This document shows positions 20,696 through 29,481 of a DNA stretch of 64,000 bases, piece after piece. Source of the DNA: an uncultured Spirochaetota bacterium. Lineage in GTDB: Bacteria; Spirochaetota; Brevinematia; Brevinematales; JAOACQ01. How positions within the stretch are numbered: the first letter of the stretch is position 1; each line of letters starts with the position of its first letter. The position numbers and the translations under genes are program-made. Under the pieces are notes generated by a model. That model did no database searches. It was not told where the DNA came from and saw nothing but the letters and a program-made list of their open reading frames with translations. The stretch covers positions 416,001 through 480,000 of the forward strand of contig CAVYGN010000002.1 of assembly GCA_963768055.1 (NCBI GenBank), given 5' to 3'.

Positions 20696-22234
20696 ATGAA
20701 AAAAATCTTTTATTTCCCCGCTATTTCGATTATTTTATTTTATTTTATTGCTTCTTGTTCCTCGGTAAAACCGGGGCAGAAAAGTTATGACTACTATCCC
20801 GGCAACATATGGCGCACATCCACCCCGGAAGCGCAGGGGATGGATTCGGGCCGCCTGGTAAAGATGCTCAATTACATACAATCGACTAACCTGGACATAC
20901 ACAGTATTATTATCATCCGGCATGGATATGTCGTCCTGGAGGCTTACGCGGCGCCTTTCGGAAGGGACGTTCCCCATGTTATTTATTCGTGCACTAAAAG
21001 CATTACATCGGCCCTGATAGGTATCGCCATCAAGGAGGGTTATATAAAAAATACGGATCAAAAGGTGCTGGACTTATTACCTGAAATTAAAGCAAAAAAC
21101 AAGGATAAGTCAAAAGAGGAAATATCTATCGATAACCTGCTGACTATGACATCCGGGCTGGATTGGACTGAATATTATGTATCATATTTCGGCACCAATA
21201 ATTTGAATCAAATGGAAAATTCAAAGAACTGGGTGGAATATGTCATAGACAGGCCTTTAAAAGAAAAGCCCGGCAAAGTTATTAATTATAATTCCGGAGA
21301 TTCTCATCTTTTATCGGCGATATTGTGTAAAACCACTGGCATGAAAACCTCCGAATTCGCGGAAAAGCATTTATTTAAACCGATCGGCATCAATAATTAT
21401 ATATGGCAAACCGATCCGCAGGGCATTAACAACGGAGGAACTGGAATGGCTTTGACCTCTATGGAAATGGCGAAATTCGGCTACCTTTTCTTAAAAAAAG
21501 GCATTTGGAATGGAAACCGGTTAATACCCGCCGGTTGGGTTGAAGCTTCCATGTCCAACCGTATCGATACAAGAAGAAGCCGTTACCCGTCTTTAGGGTA
21601 TAGTTACAAAGGATATGGATACGGATACCAGTGGTGGGAGCTGCCGTTCGGAGGATTTTCAGCGAAAGGGGCATTCGGTCAATATATCATGGTCATGCCT
21701 GAAAGAGACATGGTAGTAGTGTTTACTTCAGAAGATGGGGATTCGCCAGAAGTTTTAACTGAAGCGTTTATAAACAGTTCTATTATTTCAAACGGTAGTG
21801 TCCCTGAAAACCCGGATAAACAGGTTGAATTGTCGGCGGCGATCGGTAATTTCAATAATCCTGTAAACGGTAAGGAGTTTTTTTTCCCGGAAAACGCCTG
21901 GGAAATATCAGGTAAAAGATTTATAGGTACGAACGCCTCAGGGAATTTAACTGCCGTTATTCTTAGTTTCAGCGGGACAAACGAATGTATTTTAGAAACT
22001 GATTCACAGGGTAAAAATTCTAAAATATCAGTCGGATTAGACGGGAAATACAGGGATTTTTCACGCGGCAAATGGACAAGTATAAATACTTTCACCATAG
22101 AATTTTACTGGCCATGGATTTCCAGCAGTAAAGGCATATTTACATTACAATTTGATAAAAAAATTCTTAAAATGCAATTAGAATGGGCTACCCCCGGATT
22201 GAAGCAGGAGTTTACAGGGAAAATGGAAGAATAA
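20696..22234 (+). CDS. Serine hydrolase, beta-lactamase-like (AmpC/NylB-type) lipoprotein
   Basis: Lipobox FIASC; SCTK (SxxK); LLTMTSG; YNS; YGYQWW; start reassigned to MKKIFY. Confidence 0.85.
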   Translation: MKKIFYFPAISIILFYFIASCSSVKPGQKSYDYYPGNIWRTSTPEAQGMDSGRLVKMLNYIQSTNLDIHSIIIIRHGYVVLEAYAAPFGRDVPHVIYSCTKSITSALIGIAIKEGYIKNTDQKVLDLLPEIKAKNKDKSKEEISIDNLLTMTSGLDWTEYYVSYFGTNNLNQMENSKNWVEYVIDRPLKEKPGKVINYNSGDSHLLSAILCKTTGMKTSEFAEKHLFKPIGINNYIWQTDPQGINNGGTGMALTSMEMAKFGYLFLKKGIWNGNRLIPAGWVEASMSNRIDTRRSRYPSLGYSYKGYGYGYQWWELPFGGFSAKGAFGQYIMVMPERDMVVVFTSEDGDSPEVLTEAFINSSIISNGSVPENPDKQVELSAAIGNFNNPVNGKEFFFPENAWEISGKRFIGTNASGNLTAVILSFSGTNECILETDSQGKNSKISVGLDGKYRDFSRGKWTSINTFTIEFYWPWISSSKGIFTLQFDKKILKMQLEWATPGLKQEFTGKMEE

Positions 22235-22341
22235 CCCCGATCACCGCAAAAACGAAGGACACGGAGTCCCTGAACCAATAAACTTTGATTATTTCTTTAT
22301 TAGAGTTTAACATGTAATAAGACGGTCTCAAAGAGGTTATT

Positions 22342-22926
22342 ATGGGATTGGCGGCGGAAAAACAGAAACAGAAGTATTCTTATGCGGATTATCTGGGCTG
22401 GCCGGATGAAGAACGCTGGGAATTGATAGACGGGGTTGCCTTCGATATGAGCCCGGCGCCGTTTATCGAGCATCAAAGAATTGTGGTACTATTAAGTAAA
22501 ATTATAGCGACATACCTTGAAGGTAAGAAGTGTGAAGTTTTTGTTTCCCCTGTTGATGTTTATATGCCTGATCGGAAAGGCGATTTGGATGATATGATTG
22601 AAAATGTGGTACAGCCTGATGTTATTGTCGTTTGCGATCCGGAAAAAATAGAAAGACGGGGCATTCGGGGCGCACCAGATCTGGTCATTGAGGTCCTCTC
22701 GCCGAATACATCTAAAAGGGACTGGAACGAAAAATTCAATCTTTATGAAAAAACCGGGGTCAAAGAATACTGGATTGTCGATCCCTTGGGAAGGGTTATC
22801 CATCAGTATGTCTCTAAAAGTAACCGCTTTGAACTGATTAAAATGCACGAGGATAAAAGCACTGTCGAATCGCCCTCGATCGAGGGCTTGAAAGTGGAAT
22901 TATCAAAAATATTCCCGGGGCAATGA
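22342..22926 (+). CDS. Uma2 family (DUF820) endonuclease
   Basis: RWELIDG, SPAP, VQPDV, APDLVIEVLSP, GVKEYWIVDP. Confidence 0.9.
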   Translation: MGLAAEKQKQKYSYADYLGWPDEERWELIDGVAFDMSPAPFIEHQRIVVLLSKIIATYLEGKKCEVFVSPVDVYMPDRKGDLDDMIENVVQPDVIVVCDPEKIERRGIRGAPDLVIEVLSPNTSKRDWNEKFNLYEKTGVKEYWIVDPLGRVIHQYVSKSNRFELIKMHEDKSTVESPSIEGLKVELSKIFPGQ

Positions 22927-22971
22927 CGGGGATAACCGCAGAGACGGCTCCGCGGTGAAGTCCCAGTCCCC

Positions 22972-25734
22972 TTACATGCCAATTCCCCACTGCATGGACC
23001 TGCTCCTTTCAAGCGATTTTTCGTATCTGATCGACCGGCATTCTCTTTCGACGGCTTTTATCTTTTCAACAGCCATGAATTTGTTATTTTCATAAGAGAG
23101 TTTAAAATCGTTAAAATTTATCTCTTCCATTTTAGTTTTCACATATTCTATATTGTCTGTATAGATCCTCATTCCAGGTTTCAGAGATCTCAGGCAATTC
23201 TCGATTTCAGGCCCCAAATAAGGCCGTCCGGCACCGGCCCTTAGATCCAGAAGGACGTTTTTTCCTCGTTCCGAGATCGAATCCAGGCTCATAGCGGCGT
23301 AGGCATGATCGAAAAAGTTATGCTTTTTATAGTCGAATTCAATCGATCGCTGATTATCCAGAACGGCCCTTATTTTATTTTCTCCGATTTCTTTGACTAT
23401 AGCGCATTCGCCCCTCTTTATTCCCGTTTCGGCGGCGCTTTTTAAAAAAACAATCCTGTCTCCTCTGCCGAAATATGTTTCACGAAGTTCTTCAACCCTG
23501 TATTTCTTATAATCCTTCGAAGGGTTAATGACCGCATGACGGCGTGAAGAATCTATCGCCACTTTGACCGAAGAGGTTCCGGGATCGACATCAATAACGG
23601 TGCCGGTCTCACCCTTTTTCATACCCCTGACATTGTTAAGTGCGCTTATCCGTTGGCCCTTTTCGTAATTTCCAGAATCCTTTTTTAGACCAGCCTGACC
23701 CCCAAAGACGTCTCCGCTTCTTACAGCGATCCTTGCCGAATTTTCGACAGTTCCCGCCTTTTCCAGGTTCTCCCTGATAAAAAGATTCAATTCATTCTTC
23801 TCCCTCCAGGACCTTGTAAGGACCACGCTGTTTTGCGGGTCTTTTAAATAATCCCTGCAAATCGAGTACTTCAATTCCCCAGTTTTATAACCGGTTTTCA
23901 GCGATGCATTTTTTTCAAGCTTATACAGCGCACTTTCAGTTATTAAAGAGCTGTGTTCCCTGAGTTTCAGCAATTCATGCTCTGGAATTTTATAATGCCT
24001 TTCATGGCCGGTCACGTCGCCTGCAATATCGAATTTATTCAAGGCAAGGCAAAAATTTCTGAAATCCCTTCCCGCTTCCCTTCCCGTCCGATAAAATTCA
24101 CCGGTAAACACGATCTTGCTGTTCGCAAAGTCGGCCCTATCCATGATCTTTCCGATTTTCACAGGTCCGATAAGGTCAAGCCTGTCGGCTATATAAAGAG
24201 TCTTTTCACCGTTTTCCCGCCGGTTTTGAGATAAAAAGCGGTCGGGAGACAATACTTCAATATTGACCGCCGCTTCAAGGCTCCTTGCGTTCCTGCCGTC
24301 AGGGGCGATCAGTACCGTGTCATACCCCTTTTCCCTGTAGGCTCTTATTAATGCCGGAAGCAGAAAATAACGGTTCCCTGCCCCTTCGCTTTTCAGCAAA
24401 TCCATCCTGTCGCCCGATATCAGAAGTTCCCGGAAGGTTTTATTTTGTTCAGGAGTGAAGAAATAATCCGCGGCAGCTTTGCAGGCCCCATCCTCTTTGT
24501 ATTCGGGTTTGAAATCCTGCCTCCATTTCAGGGCATGCAGCAGGTTGTTCTTTTCGGTTTCAATTATGCCGGGGGTTGTATAAGCCGTATGGTATCCGCA
24601 CCCGATCCTGGCCTGCTTTTCTAATATTATCAGGTTCCTGTTATTATAAAAAGCCTTTTCAAGTTCTTTAATATCGAATTCCGCTTTTGAAAGACTGAGG
24701 GAATGGCTTAAAATATCCTTTTTACTGAAGAAACCCCTGGCCTGAGTAACCTCGTCAAGCGCCATTTGTATATATTTTTCAGGAGAATTCTCATGAATAT
24801 TTTTAAAGAGTTCTATCCCCCTGGATTCAGGTATGTCCCTTTCAGATTTTCCCATACCGGCCAGTTCTTTTTTCCATTCTGAAATTATTTTATCAAGGTC
24901 GACAGCCTTTTTCGGTTTTCTGGTATAAAGCATAATCGCTTTTTCAAGCCCCTTTGTGTTCCCTTTATTGATCTCATCCGCCGGGTTTATGCCCTTTGCC
25001 TCGAAATACCTCTTCAGTTTTTCTTTCATGTTCACAGTCCGCTTGGAAAATAAATCCCTGATTTTATTGTCCACTCCTTCAATTTGAGCGTAACCCTCTT
25101 TCGAGATGCCGGCGTCAAAACCATGCGATCTCATGGAACGGCATAATTGATTTTCATAAATCCGGCAGAGAAGTTTTCTGCAATCATAAACGTTCCTGTT
25201 TTCCATGGCCTTGAAGGAGCCCCCGGGAAGGCCTGTAATATTGAAAATTATTAAATGCGTATGCAATTGAGGATCGAGTTCCCTGCTTGTATTGTGTTCG
25301 AACTCTGTGTAAAGCATGTTGCCGGTACAGATTCGTTCTATTCCGGCCCTGCCATGATCGATCCTCGCAAGTATCAAATCCTTTTCAATATAACCGGCGA
25401 CACATTTCACTGCTTCCCTATGGGCTTCTATAATTTTTCTCCTGTCATCGGGGTTTTGACTTAAATAACACGAAAGGGCCACGCTTTTATCGGGTGAAAG
25501 GACTACATCCCGTCCGGGGTTATGTTTACCCGATATTCCAGGACGCACTAACATTTCTCCGTTTATATTTTTCCCGGCAACAATATTTTCAAAGGCTCCC
25601 CCTGAGATAAATTTCAGGCCCAGTTTATTCGATATTTCACCGCTGAATTCAACTTTCGGGGCGTTTTCACCAAGGTAATAATTATCCATTTCATATTTCT
25701 TCAATGTATTGTACATTTTGGAGATAGTCAGCAT
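22972..25734 (-). CDS. MOB_F (TrwC/TraI-type) relaxase fused to a degenerate RecD-like helicase domain, 920 aa
   Basis: Start MLTISK (GGAG RBS); KYEMDNYY; DVVLSPDKSV; EHNTSRELDPQLHTH; FSKR; helicase remnants IAPDGR, HAYA, IYTD. Confidence 0.9.
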   Translation of the reverse strand: MLTISKMYNTLKKYEMDNYYLGENAPKVEFSGEISNKLGLKFISGGAFENIVAGKNINGEMLVRPGISGKHNPGRDVVLSPDKSVALSCYLSQNPDDRRKIIEAHREAVKCVAGYIEKDLILARIDHGRAGIERICTGNMLYTEFEHNTSRELDPQLHTHLIIFNITGLPGGSFKAMENRNVYDCRKLLCRIYENQLCRSMRSHGFDAGISKEGYAQIEGVDNKIRDLFSKRTVNMKEKLKRYFEAKGINPADEINKGNTKGLEKAIMLYTRKPKKAVDLDKIISEWKKELAGMGKSERDIPESRGIELFKNIHENSPEKYIQMALDEVTQARGFFSKKDILSHSLSLSKAEFDIKELEKAFYNNRNLIILEKQARIGCGYHTAYTTPGIIETEKNNLLHALKWRQDFKPEYKEDGACKAAADYFFTPEQNKTFRELLISGDRMDLLKSEGAGNRYFLLPALIRAYREKGYDTVLIAPDGRNARSLEAAVNIEVLSPDRFLSQNRRENGEKTLYIADRLDLIGPVKIGKIMDRADFANSKIVFTGEFYRTGREAGRDFRNFCLALNKFDIAGDVTGHERHYKIPEHELLKLREHSSLITESALYKLEKNASLKTGYKTGELKYSICRDYLKDPQNSVVLTRSWREKNELNLFIRENLEKAGTVENSARIAVRSGDVFGGQAGLKKDSGNYEKGQRISALNNVRGMKKGETGTVIDVDPGTSSVKVAIDSSRRHAVINPSKDYKKYRVEELRETYFGRGDRIVFLKSAAETGIKRGECAIVKEIGENKIRAVLDNQRSIEFDYKKHNFFDHAYAAMSLDSISERGKNVLLDLRAGAGRPYLGPEIENCLRSLKPGMRIYTDNIEYVKTKMEEINFNDFKLSYENNKFMAVEKIKAVERECRSIRYEKSLERSRSMQWGIGM

Positions 25735-25753
25735 AGGAACTCCTGCAAAATAA

Positions 25754-25782
25754 ATTATATTATACCAATATATTGTTGTCAA
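25754..25782 (-). promoter_or_regulatory. Perfect consensus sigma70 promoter of the relaxase with a palindromic spacer
   Basis: TTGACA-N17-TATAAT; CAATATATTG palindrome at 25766-25775. Confidence 0.75.
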
Positions 25783-25808
25783 TATATATCCGGTAATATT
25801 ATTCAAGA

Positions 25809-25928
25809 TGTCATTCCGTGCGGAGCGTTTATCCTGTAAGGGAGAAATCTTCTTTCGTATGATCAACCCAAATCAGGATTTCTCGCCGTCCAATCCCTAT
25901 TAAAGGGGCCGGACTTCACGAAATGACA
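25809..25928. repeat. TGTC-tagged palindromic (REP-like) element, copy R2
   Basis: TGTCATTCCGTG/CACGAAATGACA (11/12); inner GAGAAATC/GATTTCTC. Confidence 0.75.
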
Positions 25929-25990
25929 ATTGAGAGAAATATTCCACAAACCGTCCCCTGCTGCCGATAATTATGCTTCAGGAAAATAAT

Positions 25991-26827
25991 ATGAAAATAA
26001 AATCATACGCCAAGATCAACCTTTTCCTCGATATTACCGGAATAGATGTAAAAGACGGTTATCACTACCTGGATAGTCTATTCCAGGAAGTTACCCTCCA
26101 TGACGATATCGAATTAAAAAAATCTCAAACAGACAAAGTGGTTTTCACCGGAGCCGATATACCCCCCGAGAACACTGTAAATAAGGCGTTAAAACTTTTT
26201 AAAGAGAAATTCGGCATTAAAGAATCCTTCATTATAACCATCAGAAAAAGTATTCCGGCCGGGGCAGGCCTGGGCGGTGGAAGTTCGAACGCAGCAGCCG
26301 TTTTAACGGCCCTTTCCGGATTATATAGAATAAAACCGGGGGATATAATCGGGATCGGCGAAAAAATCGGGAGCGATGTCCCGTTTTTTTTTAAAGGCGG
26401 ATTATGCCGGGTAAAGGGAAAGGGAGAAATTGTACAGAAAATGGATCTCAGACTCAAACAAATTTGTTTTATTATTATATATCCCGGTAAACCGGTTTCG
26501 ACAAAATGGGCTTATTCCCTCATTAATGAATATGGCCGAAGCAGAATAAGGGAAAATATTCTTCACCCCCCGGAAGCTGATATTGATTTTCTTAAAAAAA
26601 TAGTGTATAATAAATTCCAGCTTTTTGTTTTAAATAGGTGTCAGGAACTTGCTGACATAAAAACACAACTGGACGACTTTCTTGATTCGCGCCTCTCTTT
26701 TATGAGCGGCAGCGGGTCATCGCTGGTGTACGTTTATAGCGAGAAAGAAAAAGCACGGCGTTTGCTTACTGAAGAGGAAAAAAGATTCGGCTATAATGCT
26801 TTTTTTTGTGAACCTTATTACAGATAA
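25991..26827 (+). CDS. ispE: 4-diphosphocytidyl-2-C-methyl-D-erythritol kinase
   Basis: AKINLFL, IPAGAGLGGGSSNAA, GSDVPFF, MSGSGS. Confidence 0.95.
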   Translation: MKIKSYAKINLFLDITGIDVKDGYHYLDSLFQEVTLHDDIELKKSQTDKVVFTGADIPPENTVNKALKLFKEKFGIKESFIITIRKSIPAGAGLGGGSSNAAAVLTALSGLYRIKPGDIIGIGEKIGSDVPFFFKGGLCRVKGKGEIVQKMDLRLKQICFIIIYPGKPVSTKWAYSLINEYGRSRIRENILHPPEADIDFLKKIVYNKFQLFVLNRCQELADIKTQLDDFLDSRLSFMSGSGSSLVYVYSEKEKARRLLTEEEKRFGYNAFFCEPYYR

Positions 26828-26891
26828 TTAAGGCGTTTAGGCGTACGCTTAGATGTACAGTTTTTAATTTTCATCAGGAGGATAAACTTTT

Positions 26892-27146
26892 ATGGAAATC
26901 ACAGACATCAGAATCAAGAAAGTAGAAGGGGAAAACAAATTAAAGGCGTACGCGTCGATCACTTTTGACGACAGTTTCGTTATTCACAACATCAAGGTTA
27001 TCCAGGGCAATAACGGTCTGTTTATCGCCATGCCTTCCAGAAGGACAAGAAGCGGTGAAATGAAGGATGTAGCCCACCCCATTAATTCCCAATTTAGAGA
27101 AAAAATACAAAATGCTATATTGGAAGCCTATCAGGCTGAACAATAA
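26892..27146 (+). CDS. spoVG: SpoVG
   Basis: [23 protein letters not shown]. Confidence 0.95.
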   Translation: MEITDIRIKKVEGENKLKAYASITFDDSFVIHNIKVIQGNNGLFIAMPSRRTRSGEMKDVAHPINSQFREKIQNAILEAYQAEQ

Positions 27147-27171
27147 GGCAGTTATTTAAAATGATATAAAT

Positions 27172-27245
27172 TGGGGCGTAGCCAAGCTGGTAAGGCAGCG
27201 GGTTTTGGTCCCGCCATTTCGAGGGTTCGAATCCTTCCGCCCCAG
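27172..27245 (+). tRNA. tRNA-Gln(TTG), CCA not encoded
   Basis: Acceptor TGGGGCG/CGCCCCA; anticodon arm GCGGG-TT-TTG-GT-CCCGC; T-loop GGTTCGAATCC. Confidence 0.95.
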
Positions 27246-27339
27246 CGTATTAAAGATATTATTTCCAGTTAATCATAATCAGGGTAAAGTACAATTTTCC
27301 CTTTTTTAGTTTTCTAAAAAAAGATATGGGAGCCTAGAG

Positions 27340-28308
27340 GTGCCGTTTTCCAATATACGCTTGATATCGGGCAGGGCCAATTGGGAATTGGCTAAAAAAA
27401 TATCCGGTTACATCGGTGTAGAGCTTGTAGATGTAATGATAACAGAGTTCGCAGACAGCGAGATATTCGTCCGGATACAGGAGAATGTCCGGGGTAAGGA
27501 CGTTTTTGTAATACAATCAATGTGTAACCCCGCTTACAAAAACATCATGGAACTTCTCATAATTATTGACGCTCTTAGAAGGTCGTCGGCTGAAAGGATC
27601 ACAACCGTTATTCCATATTTCGGATATGCCAGGCAGGACCGTAAAGCCGAACCGAGGGTTCCTATAACGGCAAAGCTGGTTGCCAATTTGCTGACCGTAG
27701 CGGGGACGGACAGGGTCCTGACTTTAGACCTGCATGCGGCTCAAATCCAGGGTTTTTTTGATATACCGGTTGATCATCTATATGCCACTCCGGTATTTCT
27801 TGATACATTAAAGGGTATAAAGAATTTTTCCGATTATGTCGTTGTTTCACCTGACGTCGGCGGGGTTGAAAGATCAAGATTTTTCGCCAGGCAGATAGGG
27901 GCATCCATAGCGATACTCGATAAACGGCGGGCAAGGAAAAATGAAGCCGATGTTCTTCATCTTATAGGCAGTGTCGATGGAATGAATGTATTTATGATAG
28001 ACGATATGATAGACACAGCAGGGACAATAGTAAAAGCCGCAGAATTGCTCAGGAAAAAAAAGGCCAAATCAATCAGCGTGTATTCGACTCATGCGGTTTT
28101 ATCCGGCCCTGCGGCTGAAAGGATAAGGGACTCTAAAATAGACAAGCTTTATCTGACGGATAGTATTCCTACTGATGAGAACAAGAAAAAGATTATGGGG
28201 GATAAACTGGAGGTTCTGTCTGTTTCCGAATTATTCGGACAGGCGATAGAAAGGATACACCTGAATCTGTCGGTCAGTTCCCTTTTTGTTACCGAAAAAA
28301 AAGTATAA
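27340..28308 (+). CDS. prs: Ribose-phosphate pyrophosphokinase
   Basis: PYFGYARQDRK, DLHAAQIQGFF, IDDMIDTAGT. Confidence 0.97.
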   Translation: MPFSNIRLISGRANWELAKKISGYIGVELVDVMITEFADSEIFVRIQENVRGKDVFVIQSMCNPAYKNIMELLIIIDALRRSSAERITTVIPYFGYARQDRKAEPRVPITAKLVANLLTVAGTDRVLTLDLHAAQIQGFFDIPVDHLYATPVFLDTLKGIKNFSDYVVVSPDVGGVERSRFFARQIGASIAILDKRRARKNEADVLHLIGSVDGMNVFMIDDMIDTAGTIVKAAELLRKKKAKSISVYSTHAVLSGPAAERIRDSKIDKLYLTDSIPTDENKKKIMGDKLEVLSVSELFGQAIERIHLNLSVSSLFVTEKKV

Positions 28309-28350
28309 TATCCGGAGAAAATAATAAAAGTAAACATAGGAGTAATAAGT

Positions 28351-28899
28351 ATGACTCAGAGTAATTTTGTTTTAGAAGCCGAGGCAAGGCAGAAGGTCGG
28401 AAAATACGAATCCATGAAAATAAGGACTACACAAAGGCTTCCCGGTGTAATTTACGGACCTGATATAAAGGAAAATATTTATATCACTGTGGATTATAAA
28501 AATTTTGAAAAGACTTTTAAGAATTTTGGAAGGCATGCCGTTTTCAACATTTCTATAGGCGGGAAAAAAATCATGGTTATAGTTAAGGATTACAAGATAC
28601 ATCCTATCTCCAGAAATTTCCTGCATGCAGACTTTTATGCGGTTTCGCCCAAAAAATCTTTTACCACTGAAATACCGATGAAATATACCGGAACTCCTGT
28701 TGGCGTCAAGGAAGGCGGCGGGCTTTACATCTTTACCCGGCAGGTAAGGATAAATACCGATCTTGAAAATCTGCCTTCGGCTATCGAAGTTGATATTTCG
28801 GCTCTGAAGACGAACCAATATCTGATTGTAAGAGATATCCCGAAAGGCAAATATAAAATTCTGACTCATGAAGGAACAGCCTTAGTCGAAGTTAAATAA
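28351..28899 (+). CDS. rplY: 50S ribosomal protein L25 (Ctc type)
   Basis: LPGVIYG, HADF, PVGVKEGG; synteny. Confidence 0.9.
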   Translation: MTQSNFVLEAEARQKVGKYESMKIRTTQRLPGVIYGPDIKENIYITVDYKNFEKTFKNFGRHAVFNISIGGKKIMVIVKDYKIHPISRNFLHADFYAVSPKKSFTTEIPMKYTGTPVGVKEGGGLYIFTRQVRINTDLENLPSAIEVDISALKTNQYLIVRDIPKGKYKILTHEGTALVEVK

Positions 28900-28914
28900 T
28901 TTCTCCGGCGGAGG

Positions 28915-29481
28915 TTGCTTTTGAAGCTGGTAGTAGGATTGGGAAATCCAGGCGATGCCTACGAAGGGACCAGGCATAATTTAGGGTTTATTGTACTTGA
29001 CAGGCTTGCCGTTCGTCATGGAACGGGCATTGACGTAAAGAAAAAGAAGTCGATGATCGGAAGGTTCAGACTCGGCAAGGAAAGGGTCATGCTACTTAAA
29101 CCCCAGACTTTTGTCAATCTGAGCGGTGAAGCTGTCTTGTATATGGCCAGTTTTTTAAGGATCATGCCGGAACATATTATAGTTGTCTGCGATGATGTAA
29201 ACCTTTCTCTCGGCAAGATAAGGATAAGAAAATACGGCTCGAGCGGGGGTCACAACGGCATTAAATCCCTGATCCAGTTCCTGAGATCGGATAATTTTCC
29301 GCGCGTCAGGATTGGTGTAGGTTCTCCTGCTGACGACCAGCGCCTTGAAAATTATGTGCTCGATAAATTCACTGCCGATGAATTGTCGCTGCTTAACCCT
29401 TCAATTGAAAAAGCCTGCAATGCCATAGAGATGATTATAGAGAATGATATCGAAAACGCCATGACTCTGTTTAACGAATAA
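28915..29481 (+). CDS. pth: Peptidyl-tRNA hydrolase
   Basis: VGLGNPG, TRHNLGF, GGHNGIKS. Confidence 0.95.
   Translation: MLLKLVVGLGNPGDAYEGTRHNLGFIVLDRLAVRHGTGIDVKKKKSMIGRFRLGKERVMLLKPQTFVNLSGEAVLYMASFLRIMPEHIIVVCDDVNLSLGKIRIRKYGSSGGHNGIKSLIQFLRSDNFPRVRIGVGSPADDQRLENYVLDKFTADELSLLNPSIEKACNAIEMIIENDIENAMTLFNE

Noticed and set aside
20696..22234. Antibiotic-resistance beta-lactamase
   Set aside because: Motifs fit the broad serine hydrolase/esterase family (YNS rather than YxN, no KTG); resistance cannot be inferred
23151..23158. TATTGTCT inside the relaxase gene as nic site
   Set aside because: Explained by the conserved YTDN codons; no adjacent hairpin
25735..25866. N-terminal extension of the relaxase in the ORF track
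   Set aside because: Overlaps the promoter and REP; MOB_F relaxases begin at the ML(S/T) motif, which has an RBS at 25734
25809..25928. Hairpin upstream of the relaxase as oriT
   Set aside because: It is a copy of a dispersed repeat (6038, 44046) and has no recognisable nic sequence
27172..27245. tRNA-Gln as integration site of the relaxase region
   Set aside because: No duplicated tRNA 3' end seen in the window and core genes flank it on both sides
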